NCBI GenBank assembly: GCA_964603225.1
Contig: CAZRUI010000002.1
Span: forward strand, 1-39,406
Length of the DNA: 39,406 nt
DNA from: an uncultured Candidatus Peribacteria bacterium
GTDB lineage: Bacteria; Patescibacteriota; Gracilibacteria; BD1-5; JAGOOR01
Direction of reading: 5' to 3'
The translations under genes were made by a program, and so were the position numbers. Position 1 is the first letter of the stretch, and every line of letters starts with the position of its first letter. This document shows, in pieces, positions 18,548 to 28,001 of this stretch. A model generated the notes under the pieces. It did no database searches. It had not been told where the DNA came from and was given only the letters and a program-made list of their open reading frames with translations.

Positions 18548-19291
18548 ATGGCGGGGAAAAAAGCCGCAAGTGCTCTCCAGAAAGGAAAAATCTACGGCAT
18601 GCACTCGAAACTCATCTCTCTCGCTGCGAAGAGCGGGGCAAATCCTCTCGAAAATCCGACACTCTTTACGGCTATCGAAAAGGCAAAAAAGGATAGTGTT
18701 CCTCGAGATGTCATCGATAAAGCGATTCGCCGTGGTGCTGGTCTCGATAAGGACGCAGCGGCTATCGAGGATATCACCTACGAAGGAACTGCAGCAGGTG
18801 GTATCGCCATCATCGTCCGCGCCCTCACAGATAATCGTAATCGTACAGCGAGTAGTTTCCGATCGTATTTTAGCAAAAATGGTGGAGGCCTCGGAGAGAC
18901 AGGTTCTCTCTCCAATCATATGTTCAAATACCGTGGTGTCTTCATCGTACCGACGAGTAAAATTACTGAAGAACAAATCATTGAGTCAGGCTGTGACGAC
19001 TACGTCGTCGATGGTGAAGAAACTCGACTCATCTGTATGCGTGAGCAGTTTTCTGGGGTGAGCAATTTTCTCAAAAATGCCAACATCGAAGTCACATCAA
19101 GCGGATTTGAATATCTCCCGAATATGGAAATAGAAGTCACTGATTTCGAACAAGGCGTCAAAGTCATGAAACTCCTCCAGGATTTGGATGAAGATGATGA
19201 TGTAGAAAAAGTCTGGACAAATGGAGTATTCGATGATATACTGCGCGAGAAAATAGAATCATTTCTGGATTCAAACGGTTTTCGTTCTTAA
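18548..19291 (+). CDS. yebC: YebC/PmpR (TACO1) family transcriptional/translational regulator
   Basis: KGKIY....KLI..AAK.G.NP..NP.L..AIEKAK....P.D.I..AI.RG, YEG....G.A.IV..LTDN.NRT and a C-terminal D.D.V..V..N. A possible N-terminal extension reaches ATG at 18530, read through two TGA codons. Confidence 0.88.
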   Translation: MAGKKAASALQKGKIYGMHSKLISLAAKSGANPLENPTLFTAIEKAKKDSVPRDVIDKAIRRGAGLDKDAAAIEDITYEGTAAGGIAIIVRALTDNRNRTASSFRSYFSKNGGGLGETGSLSNHMFKYRGVFIVPTSKITEEQIIESGCDDYVVDGEETRLICMREQFSGVSNFLKNANIEVTSSGFEYLPNMEIEVTDFEQGVKVMKLLQDLDEDDDVEKVWTNGVFDDILREKIESFLDSNGFRS

Positions 19292-19303
19292 CAATTTCAT
19301 ACT

Positions 19304-19813
19304 ATGGCAGAGGACACAACAGGCGGAGCACAGGGTCAATCAGGTACAGGTGGACAACCACTTCCAGGATTTGATCCAGCTGCTGCTGAAGCGTTTTTCA
19401 AGGACCTTATCGGTCGATACAACACGGATGACAACCAGATTATCATGGATCTCGTGTCATTTCACCCACTCACACAATTCGAAGAAAAAGAATTCGTCGA
19501 TCTCCTCGAACACTCACTCTCACTCTCAGTCGCTGAGAAAAAACGTGTCGTCGATGCTATCCCAACACTTTCTCAGTATCAGATTGATGAGCTCAAGAAA
19601 GTATTTACCGAAGAACGTGAAGAATTCCGTAAACTCATGCCAAAAGAAGGCGAGACTATCAAAAAACTCGTCGTCGATAAAAAAGCTGAATGGAAACAAC
19701 TCAAACAGATCTATATCGATGAGCTCAAAAACCGCCAAAAGGCCAATGAAGATGCTGGTAAAATCGATGATCTCAAAAAATCTCTCGGTCTCGACGAAGA
19801 AGAAGCAAAATAA
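19304..19813 (+). CDS. Hypothetical acidic / coiled-coil protein
   Basis: Intact 169-aa ORF starting 12 nt after yebC, with a Gly/Gln-rich N-terminus and a Lys/Glu-rich helical C-terminus. No family was recognised. Confidence 0.6.
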   Translation: MAEDTTGGAQGQSGTGGQPLPGFDPAAAEAFFKDLIGRYNTDDNQIIMDLVSFHPLTQFEEKEFVDLLEHSLSLSVAEKKRVVDAIPTLSQYQIDELKKVFTEEREEFRKLMPKEGETIKKLVVDKKAEWKQLKQIYIDELKNRQKANEDAGKIDDLKKSLGLDEEEAK

Positions 19814-19831
19814 AAATAGTATTTCAAAATC

Positions 19832-19856
19832 AAAATGCTCCTTTGGGAGCATTTTT
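19832..19856 (+). terminator. Rho-independent terminator
   Basis: AAAATGCTCC (19832-19841), loop TTTG, GGAGCATTTT (19846-19855), followed by TATT. Confidence 0.7.
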
Positions 19857-19951
19857 ATTGTGAGTATCTTTCTTCCCTTGTCATGCTCGAGATGCTTGCG
19901 AAGGCATAAAAAAAGCTATGCTATATCGTAGAATAGTTTTTATCCTCCCCT

Positions 19952-21046
19952 ATGCGCCAACTCCTCTCTCGTTCTGTTCTCTTGGTGTCAGGTATAGTAT
20001 GTCTCTCGGCATTTGCCTATACGAGCGAAGATGTCGCTATTGCCAATAGTCTCGCAGATGCCAATATCATCGTCGATCAACGCTCAACTCCTGCTGCGTA
20101 TCGTCTCGATGATACCATCACTCGACAAGAGGTTATCGGCATGACACTCAAGCTCAAGGGCATAGCACTTCCCAATAATTACACCTGTAAAGGATATTTC
20201 ACCGATGCGATTTTCGCAAAAGCACACGCTGATGCATGGGTCTGTCGAGCTGTCGAATTGGCGGCTGATCGCGGTCTCATCACACGCGATAGCGCAAAAA
20301 CTCGTCCGAGCGACAAAATAACAAAAGCAGAAGCGCTCGCGCTCGCTTGGAAAGGTTCTGGCATGAGCATCGAAAATCATGACGATGAAGATGGTACTTT
20401 CTATGATAGCGCTGATAAACCAGCAGAGAAATGGCAAGAAAACCTCCTCCAGACAGCACTCGAAGCTGGCGTTATCACGGTCGATCAAGATGCATCAACG
20501 GGTGTTCTCAAGCTCCGCTGGAAACACAACGACGCTGCGACTCGCAAACAAGTCTTTGCTATCATCGCAACACTTCAGACTATCAAAAAAGCGAGTGAAC
20601 AGAGCATGTATCTCAACTTCTCAGGGGAAGTACAATACAAACCAACCAAGACACAAATCATCAGCAGTGATGCTGAGCTCGTAAAGAATATCCAAGAAAA
20701 GAATTTCTCTGCTGTTATCAGCGCTCTGTCACCAACTCCAACACAATATCGCACAGAAGGAAATACTCTCTTTGTGATGCAGAACTCTCCAGAACTCTGG
20801 GGACATGTCACCTATTCGAGCATCACGACACTTTTTGGTAAGGTATTTCAACAATATTCTCCTTATAATCCCTATGAGAAAGCTATGGCAGCGATGCTCA
20901 AACGATTTAATCTCGCTTCTGAGGTAGATTTTTATGCTCTTCCCTATGGTGATCTCTGGGAAAAAACTCGTGACTATATCGAACAATACTATATCGACGA
21001 ATTCATGAATGCTCCTATCGTCTACCCTTCTCCTGAACAACAATAA
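19952..21046 (+). CDS. Secreted protein with SLH-like (S-layer homology) repeats
   Basis: Signal-peptide-like N-terminus (MRQLLSRSVLLVSGIVCLSAFA). YFTDA...HADAWVCRAVELAADRGLITRD....RPSDKITKAEALALAWKG fits the SLH pattern F.D.....W....I..L...GII.G.....RP...ITRAE.A. Confidence 0.65.
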   Translation: MRQLLSRSVLLVSGIVCLSAFAYTSEDVAIANSLADANIIVDQRSTPAAYRLDDTITRQEVIGMTLKLKGIALPNNYTCKGYFTDAIFAKAHADAWVCRAVELAADRGLITRDSAKTRPSDKITKAEALALAWKGSGMSIENHDDEDGTFYDSADKPAEKWQENLLQTALEAGVITVDQDASTGVLKLRWKHNDAATRKQVFAIIATLQTIKKASEQSMYLNFSGEVQYKPTKTQIISSDAELVKNIQEKNFSAVISALSPTPTQYRTEGNTLFVMQNSPELWGHVTYSSITTLFGKVFQQYSPYNPYEKAMAAMLKRFNLASEVDFYALPYGDLWEKTRDYIEQYYIDEFMNAPIVYPSPEQQ

Positions 21047-21049
21047 CAC

Positions 21050-22072
21050 ATGCGCATAGCTCTCCTCACTGGCGGCATCTCAGCTGAACGTCCTATCAGT
21101 CTCCGAAGTAGCGAATGACTCACGAGTTTCATAGCAGAAACGAGTCATACCTGTGATGTATTCGATATCCCTGCACAACTCGACGATTTCCTCTCACACT
21201 ATCAGTCGTATGATATCGTCTTCCCCTATATTCATGGTCGCTACGGTGAAGATGGGATTATCTCAGGACTCTGTGAGACGCTGGGGCTACGATATATCGG
21301 TTCTCCGAGCACGACACACGCTCTCTGTATCAATAAATTTCGTACGAACTGTGTGGTCGAAAAGCTCTGAATTACCAAGGTGCCAAAATCATGGATTCCT
21401 GGTATGAATTCACCAACACTTCTAGGACTCCCAGAAAGTATCACTGAACCGAGTCCAAAAGAAGGCGATACTCCCCCTCTCATCGTCAAACCAAACTGCT
21501 GAGGCAGTACTGTCGCAACTAATAAAGCAACAAATGTCTCTGAACTCCTCTCGGCTATAGAAGAAGTCCATATCAATACTGGTGCTCTCGCGGCTGGTAA
21601 TATCCAACTCCTCGGATCATCAGAGAAATTTGAGAGGCATTTCCCAGACTATGCAGATGCACCGCTCGTACAAGAATTTATCGATGGAGATGAATATACC
21701 GTTGGTGTTGTCGGACCAAATAATGCACCAGAAGTCCTCCCTATCATGCAGATTGTGAATTTGAAATCTGTCCTCTTTGATTGGAAAGAAAAATATGAAT
21801 CAGACGGCAGTAATGAGGTGTTTCCTCTTGCTCTCGATAAAAACCTGGAACAGAGACTCTCTGATGCCTCAAGAAAGATCTACACACTCCTCGGATGTTC
21901 TGGTGTTGCCCGTATCGATTATCGTGTTCGTGGAGACGAGATATTTTTCCTCGAGGTAAATACATTTCCTGGCGCGACAGGCGCCTCATTCATCCCAAAA
22001 ATGTGGAGAAAAAGTGGTCGCAGTATGGGCGATTTTATCACGCTCCTCATCGAAACTGCCCTCAAACACTAG
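21050..22072 (+). CDS. ddl: D-alanine--D-alanine ligase (three UGA-Gly codons)
   Basis: MRIALLTGGISAER.ISL.S, FP..HG.YGEDG...G..E, VKPNC[G]GSTVA, ARIDYR.....IFFLEVNT.PG. Hand translation from ATG 21050 is continuous with ORF 21746-22072. Confidence 0.88.
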
Positions 22073-22869
22073 AGCGTATTTTCTGGAAAGATACTACTAC
22101 TCACCACCTGTGGAACATCAAAATAGTTCGCATGGAAGAATACCCGTAATTCTGGAGAGAGATATGGGAGAGCGGTATTAAATTCGTCATCATTCACGAG
22201 CTGTATCATGCTATAACCTGGCAGACGAACGAGCCACTCTGCTTCTACATCATTGGCGAGATATTCCGTGAAGAGCTGTGGTTCACGGGTTTTTTTACCA
22301 TCAATAGGATCGAGGATATACCATTGCTCATCATCGCCGAGAAAAACCGCTACACGGTGTGCCTGAAGAGCATACGAACGCTTAGTCACGAAACGATACA
22401 CATCAAAAATGGTTTCTACATGTTGATCACGTCGTTCATTCAGGGCTTCTATGAGGGCAGTTTTATCAGTAAATGACGTCAGTGTGCGATTAAAACGACC
22501 AAAACGAATCAGATCATGGGCGTCACCTTGTGGCATCCATGATGGATTTGGGAGGCCCATAGCACCAAGGAGATTCAGGAGATTATGACGAGCCGTAAAA
22601 GAACAAGGGCTCACACTCTTGGAATTGACATCATAGGACTCCACTGTCGATACAACAATACGACCATTTTCGAGAACGGTCGGTATTTTTGATGGTTTCT
22701 GGACACGGAGATGCATCAGCCGCACTTCGGGACTCATGCCACCCTGTGGTGCTGCACTACTGACAGGTACTTCTGTTGATACAAGAGGGGCATCTATTTC
22801 TGCAAAAGAAAGAGACACATTGAATACAAATACTACTCACAGAATCACCGATAAATTCGAAAAATGCAT
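22069..22869 (-). CDS. Hypothetical secreted or membrane-anchored protein (one UGA-Gly)
   Basis: The 249-aa ORF extends upstream through TGA (22837-22839) to ATG at 22867-22869. This adds MHFSNLSVIL[G]VVFVFNVSLSFA, a signal-peptide-like segment. No family was recognised. Confidence 0.6.
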
Positions 22870-22941
22870 AGAAAAGACTCCGCAAATGGTAGTCTGGACT
22901 CGACTGAAGTCAACCAAACACTATTTACAATAAAAACGATG

Positions 22942-22969
22942 TTGCGAAAACAAGGGTCATTCTTATAAT
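22942..22969 (+). promoter_or_regulatory. Sigma70-type promoter placing the TSS at or next to the ATG of the downstream membrane protein gene (leaderless)
   Basis: TTGCGA (22942-22947), a 16-nt spacer and TATAAT (22964-22969). The ATG at 22977 lies only 7 nt after the -10 box. Confidence 0.5.
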
Positions 22970-22976
22970 CATTTTA

Positions 22977-23420
22977 ATGAAAAAAATCTCCATTATTACC
23001 CTTTCTCTCTCGGTTTTTCTCCTGATTGCAAGTGGTCTATTGATATGGCTCGAGGCAACCTATCCTGTCCTCCATATTCCTCGTATGATCATCGGTTCTA
23101 TTGTCGTTTTGGGACTTCCTGGGTATTGGATAACACGTTGGACATTCCCTCTCACAGAACATGAGAAAATCATGGATCCTATCGATACAAATACACATGC
23201 GTCGCTCGAAGCAGAAAACATGCATACCATAGATGGACTCGAGCGTTTTGTTCTCTCAGTTGCACTCTCTATCTCAGCGGTTCCTCTGATTTTATTTTAT
23301 GTGAATTTCCTGGGTGTACCTATAAGCATCTGGAGCGTTTATTGGACGATAGTTGGTGTGACTCTTGTCTCGATGATAGCCACTATTTTTATCGAACGCC
23401 GCCATGCTCACGCTCAATAA
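22977..23420 (+). CDS. Integral membrane protein (about 4 TM), unknown function
   Basis: 147-aa ORF with hydrophobic segments separated by one acidic loop. It overlaps the next gene by 17 nt. Confidence 0.6.
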   Translation: MKKISIITLSLSVFLLIASGLLIWLEATYPVLHIPRMIIGSIVVLGLPGYWITRWTFPLTEHEKIMDPIDTNTHASLEAENMHTIDGLERFVLSVALSISAVPLILFYVNFLGVPISIWSVYWTIVGVTLVSMIATIFIERRHAHAQ

Positions 23421-24066
23421 CATCCACTGGTATATCGTGTGGGGCATCATAGCCCTGATACTCGGGACACTCTCTCTGGGGTATGATTGGTATCCTCAGT
23501 TTCCTTCTATGTGTCTGATTTTGGGTATCGTTTTGGCCATACTGATAGACACTCTCGAGCCTATCCCTCCTATCAAACGACATAACTGGAATAGTCTCTA
23601 CACCGATATAAAATCTGGCAAAATCGATATCGGACGAGGATTTCTTCTGCTTCATTCCAAGGTTATTTTCCCAACTATTTTTAGCATTTACCTCATTCTC
23701 CTTATCCTCCAAAAGGTCAAAGTCGTCCCTCTCGAATGGCAATCGTATGCGGGCTCTGCTATTGATACGCTCCAGCTCCTGTGGGTGACACTCGTCAGTG
23801 CTATCGTTGCCAATTTCACCGGTCTCCCAGAAAATTCATACGAAATAGAAGAACAGCCACCCCTCATCAATACTCTCACCATTGTATTTATCTGTCTCCT
23901 CTCGTATGGCGCTATGTGGGCTGTTTTTGCCGAAATAGCAGTGATTGGGAGAGTTGCCTATTTTGTTGCCTTAAGCGTCGGTGTTTTGATCGCTATGGTG
24001 AGCTGTATGATACTCACTGAACCAGATGAAGAACCAGTGATAGATAATCTCCCTACCAAAGCTTAA
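23404..24066 (+). CDS. Integral membrane protein (about 6 TM), unknown function
   Basis: 220-aa strongly hydrophobic ORF, translationally coupled between the upstream membrane gene and the GT2 gene. Confidence 0.6.
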   Translation: MLTLNNIHWYIVWGIIALILGTLSLGYDWYPQFPSMCLILGIVLAILIDTLEPIPPIKRHNWNSLYTDIKSGKIDIGRGFLLLHSKVIFPTIFSIYLILLILQKVKVVPLEWQSYAGSAIDTLQLLWVTLVSAIVANFTGLPENSYEIEEQPPLINTLTIVFICLLSYGAMWAVFAEIAVIGRVAYFVALSVGVLIAMVSCMILTEPDEEPVIDNLPTKA

Positions 24067-24069
24067 TCT

Positions 24070-25020
24070 ATGATAAAAGTCATTATTCAGATTCCCTGTA
24101 AAAATGAAGAAAAGACCCTTCCTATCACGTTTCGTGATCTGCCAAAACATATACCATGAGTCGATGTCCTGGAATATCTCATTATCAACGATGGAAGCAC
24201 AGACAGAACCTCTGCTGTTGCACGAGAACTCGGTATCCATCATATCATAGAATTTAAGGCCAATCGTGGTCTCGGTATAGCATTTCATCATGGGGTTATG
24301 CACGGACTCATGCTCGGAGCTGATATTATCGTCAATACTGATGGGGATAATCAATATCCTGGCAACCGAATCCCCGACCTCATCCAGCCCATTCTCGAAG
24401 GTCGCGCAGAAGTCGTTGTTGGTAATAGAAATCCTGGCTCAAATCCACACTTTACTCCTTTTAAGCGACTCCTCCAGAGACTCGGAAATCATGTCGTGAG
24501 TTTCGTCGCTGGAGAAAAACTGCCCGATTCTGTGAGTGGTTTTCGTGCCTACTCTCGAGAAGCACTCTATGAAATCAATGTCACTTCTCGTTTTTCTTAT
24601 GTGGTTGATACACTCATACAGGTCTATAAAAAAGGTCTCGCAATAGCCTGGGTGGACATCGAGACACACGCTCCGACACGACCATCGAGACTCTTCCGAA
24701 ATATCTGGGAACATATCGGTAAAACCACGATGAATATCGGACGTGTCTACATGCTCTACGAGCCTCTGAAAATATTTTTTATACTAAGTCTCCCTTCTCT
24801 TATTCTGGGAACTCTTGGTGTACTGCGTTTTGTGCATGCGTATTTTTTCACCAATATCGGTCGTGAGATGATACAGTCACTCTTTATTTCTGGTGTCTCT
24901 ATTACGATTGGAATAACCCTTTTTTCACTCGGTATTATCGGGGATTTGATGTCCAAGAATCGCACACTCTCAGAACAACAGCTCTCCCTCCTCAAGAGAC
25001 AGCGCTATCCACGTGATTAA
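24070..25020 (+). CDS. Family 2 glycosyltransferase (dolichyl/polyprenyl-phosphate sugar transferase-like) with C-terminal TM helices (one UGA-Gly)
   Basis: ATG at 24070 gives MIKVIIQIPCKNEE.TL, ...IINDGSTD.T, NRGLG.A and TDGDNQY (the DxD-type motif). TGA at 24157-24159 joins it to ORF 24298-25020. The tail is hydrophobic. Confidence 0.85.
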
Positions 25021-25047
25021 TTCTTGATTTCGAGAAAAACATAGAGT

Positions 25048-25073
25048 AGAGTATAGGAGTACTCTTATTTTTT
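25048..25073 (+). terminator. Weak candidate terminator after the GT2 gene
   Basis: AGAGTA (25048-25053) pairs with TACTCT (25060-25065), followed by TATTTTTTG. Confidence 0.35.
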
Positions 25074-25082
25074 GTTATTCTT

Positions 25083-25916
25083 ATGTCAAAACACCACCAC
25101 GTCGACCTCTCTGATTTCCGCGTTAAACCAGGAGAAAATATCCACATGAAAAAAATAGATACTGATGCTACTTTTGGCTGGGATGAAGAATCAGCTATGC
25201 ATCGTCTCGAAAAAAATCGAAAAAAAATTATCGAACTCCAGGATACACTCTACGCTGAACACAAGCAAACACTCCTCGTCGTCCTCCAAGCCATGGATGC
25301 TGCTGGTAAAGACTCAACCATCAAAGCCGTCACACAGGGTATCAACCCTCAGGGATGTAGTGTTGTCTCATTCAAACAACCAAGTTCAACGGAGCTCGCT
25401 CATGACTTCCTCTGGCGTATTCATCAGGCAGTTCCTGAAAAAGGAAAGATTGGTATTTTTAATCGAAGTCACTACGAAGATGTCATCATCACTCGTGTTC
25501 ATGATCTCGTCGATCACGAACTCATCAAGAAGCGTTATGATCACATCAATGATTTTGAACGTATGCTTACCGATCACAATGTAAAGATCATAAAAATCAT
25601 GCTCCATATCTCGTCTGACTACCAACTCAAGCGTATCAAGCATCGTCTCGAGAAACCTGAGAAAGCATGGAAATTTCAGGCGTCTGATCTCGCCGAACGT
25701 AAACACTGGGATGATTACATGGATGCATTTGAAAAAGCTATCGAACACACTTCTACGAGTGACTGCCCGTGGTTTATTGTACCAGGCGAAAATAAATGGT
25801 TCCGCTATCTCGTCGTCAGCGAAATCATCCTCCAGGCCCTTGAAGATATGGCACCAGAACTTCCAAAGCCAAACTTTGATATCAAGATCGCGATGAATCC
25901 AGAGTTTTTGAAATAG
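25083..25916 (+). CDS. ppk2: Polyphosphate kinase 2 (PPK2) family phosphotransferase
   Basis: LVVLQAMDAAGKDSTIK (Walker A-like), F.QPS..E..HDFLWR.H...P.KG.I.IFNRSHYEDV and KFQ.SDL.ER..WD.Y are typical PPK2 motifs. Confidence 0.88.
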   Translation: MSKHHHVDLSDFRVKPGENIHMKKIDTDATFGWDEESAMHRLEKNRKKIIELQDTLYAEHKQTLLVVLQAMDAAGKDSTIKAVTQGINPQGCSVVSFKQPSSTELAHDFLWRIHQAVPEKGKIGIFNRSHYEDVIITRVHDLVDHELIKKRYDHINDFERMLTDHNVKIIKIMLHISSDYQLKRIKHRLEKPEKAWKFQASDLAERKHWDDYMDAFEKAIEHTSTSDCPWFIVPGENKWFRYLVVSEIILQALEDMAPELPKPNFDIKIAMNPEFLK

Positions 25917-25943
25917 TATTTCTAAAACCATGAAATTCTCTAC

Positions 25944-25968
25944 AATGCACCTATATGGTGCATTTTTT
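25944..25968 (+). terminator. Rho-independent terminator after ppk2, overlapping the pilD start codon
   Basis: AATGCACC (25944-25951), loop TATAT, GGTGCATT (25957-25964), then TTTTG. Confidence 0.6.
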
Positions 25969-26866
25969 GTTTGCTCTCAGTCTCTTTTTCTTCTGATCAT
26001 GCATTGGGAGTTTCTGTGGTGTGCTGATGGAAACAGACATTAAGAGATCGTTTTGGACGGGTAGAAGTCAATGTCTCTCGTGTAAAAAAACACTTCGTTG
26101 GTTTGAGCTTATACCCGTTCTCTCCTATTTTCTCCAGAGATGACGATGTCGACGATGTGGCTCGATGATTCCTCCATGGATTATTAGTATAGAGACACTC
26201 TGTGGTCTAGCATGGATGTTTTTCTGAAGTATTTTCTACCTCCATGGATATAGTTTTGGGTTGATAGCAATCCACCTCGTGATCATCACCATGTTTCTGA
26301 TGCTGGCTCTCGAGGATATAAAAACCTTTACTATTCCTGATAGGCTCTCTGTTCCAAGTATAGGAATTATAGGTCTCATCCTGATAGCCATGCGCAGTGT
26401 AGAAGTACCTGGACTACTCCTACCCATCAGAGAAGCACTGATAGGAGGTATTATCGGTATGCTCTTTTATATGGTCCAGATGATGATTCCAGGGATACTC
26501 AGTCTCCTGCGAAGAAAACAGTTTTCGGATGTATTCTGAGTTCTTTTTCTCCCCTTCGTATTTCCTTTTTGGCTCGTTATGAAGACATTTTTTGGTGAGA
26601 AACAAGCGGATAGATGGATTCCTACGGTTGAAAAAATGGACCAGCTGCCAACATGGGTTGGCGGAGGCGATGTCCGTCTTGGCATGTTTGTAGGTCTGAT
26701 TGCTGGACCAGTGTATTTCTGGTGGATTATTGGAATTGGATATGTGCTTGGCACTCTTTTTTGGCTCTTCTCGCGAGTCATACAAAAGAGAGATTTTGAT
26801 GTACTTCCCGTGGCTCCTCTGCTTTTTCTGGGTTTTTGTGCGACATGGTTGATACAAATTTTGTGA
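25955..26866 (+). CDS. pilD: Prepilin (type IV leader) peptidase, A24 family (four UGA-Gly codons)
   Basis: Hand translation gives SQCLSCKKTLRWFELIPVLSYFLQR[G]RCRRCGSMI (the Cys-box region) and the catalytic Asp motifs LEDIKTFTIPD and GGGDVRLG. ORFs 26261-26539 and 26579-26866 share a frame. The start could also be GTG at 25958 or TTG at 25967. Confidence 0.85.
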
Positions 26867-26984
26867 TAAAATAGGGGTTTTCTCGACTAAAACTATATAA
26901 GAGAATAAGTGTCAAAACGTACAGGCTCAAACAGTTGAGAACGGAAAAAAAGAAGTGTAGGATGAGAGTAACCAATATTTTTGT

Positions 26985-27557
26985 ATGGCAAAAGACTCTC
27001 ATAAAAACGCTCAACAGCAAGCAAGCCTCCAGGCTCTCCAGGAACTCATCTCGACCGCAGAACGCTCACTCCACCACGCGAAAAATCTCATGACGCAAAT
27101 CGTCGGGAAAAAAGCAGTAGCTCCAGATGAACTCGATATGACAGGCCTCCATACGTATAAGCATGGAAAGGCGAAAGTAATTGAAGGAGCTTTTACGGGC
27201 AAAGATATGCTCGGTGCGGACAAGAAGCTCTACCCTGTCCCAGCAAACTATGCCAGCAAATCCAAAATCGTCGAAGGAAGCAAGCTCAAGATGACTATCA
27301 AGGCTGATGGCTCATACCAGTACAAAATCATCGATGAAATCGACTATATCAGTACGACAGGGACGCTGATCAAAGACGGTGATCACTTTGTTGTCATCTC
27401 TCAAAATGGTATTTATCAGGTTATTCCTGCTGCTGTCACATACATCCAGGCACGTGTTGGCGATCGTGTCTCTATCCGTATTCCAAAAGATATCAAGGCT
27501 ACTTACGCTGCCATCGATACCCTGATCCCTGCTGATCTCGGGCTCATAGAAGCATAA
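26985..27557 (+). CDS. Hypothetical protein
   Basis: Intact 190-aa ORF with a helical N-terminus and a beta-rich C-terminus, followed by a strong terminator. No family was recognised. Confidence 0.6.
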   Translation: MAKDSHKNAQQQASLQALQELISTAERSLHHAKNLMTQIVGKKAVAPDELDMTGLHTYKHGKAKVIEGAFTGKDMLGADKKLYPVPANYASKSKIVEGSKLKMTIKADGSYQYKIIDEIDYISTTGTLIKDGDHFVVISQNGIYQVIPAAVTYIQARVGDRVSIRIPKDIKATYAAIDTLIPADLGLIEA

Positions 27558-27572
27558 AACATACATACTATT

Positions 27573-27605
27573 AAAAAACCGGTCAATTTCTGACCGGTTT
27601 TTTTG
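27573..27605. terminator. Bidirectional rho-independent terminator between convergent genes
   Basis: AAAAAACCGGTCA (27573-27585), loop ATTTC, TGACCGGTTTTTT (27591-27603). A and T runs on both sides. Confidence 0.8.
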
Positions 27606-27614
27606 ATATCTATT

Positions 27615-27965
27615 TTAGAGAATGATACGTTCTCAGTATGTGTATCGTGATTCGATGTCGGTTTTGAGAAGTTCTACCTGTTCTGTTGGCACAAATCCGA
27701 GTGTTATCTGTGTGAGAAAACGTCGAAACATGCTGGGTGTTTTCCTCAGGAAATAGGTGTGAATCACGAATTCTTTTTGAATAATATGGAGCTCACAGTG
27801 CGTCCGAGTAGAGGTTATCTCTGCACGAAGAGCGCGACTCGACGGAAGTGTCAGATTGATATCACTGATAGCTGCGATGATGTGCATGTATTGATTAGCC
27901 TCCTGCGATGACTCTTGAGCGAGTGTAAGGGAAGGAAAATCAGAATATGCAATCGAGTGATTCAT
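27615..27965 (-). CDS. Hypothetical protein (116 aa, one UGA-Gly near the C-terminus)
   Basis: A 110-aa ORF lying 36 nt downstream of murC on the same strand. Its apparent TGA stop (27633-27635) reads through 5 more codons to TAA at 27615-27617. Confidence 0.5.
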
Positions 27966-28001
27966 ATCTCTATCCTACCCTATTTTTTGTACGAAAACAA
28001 A

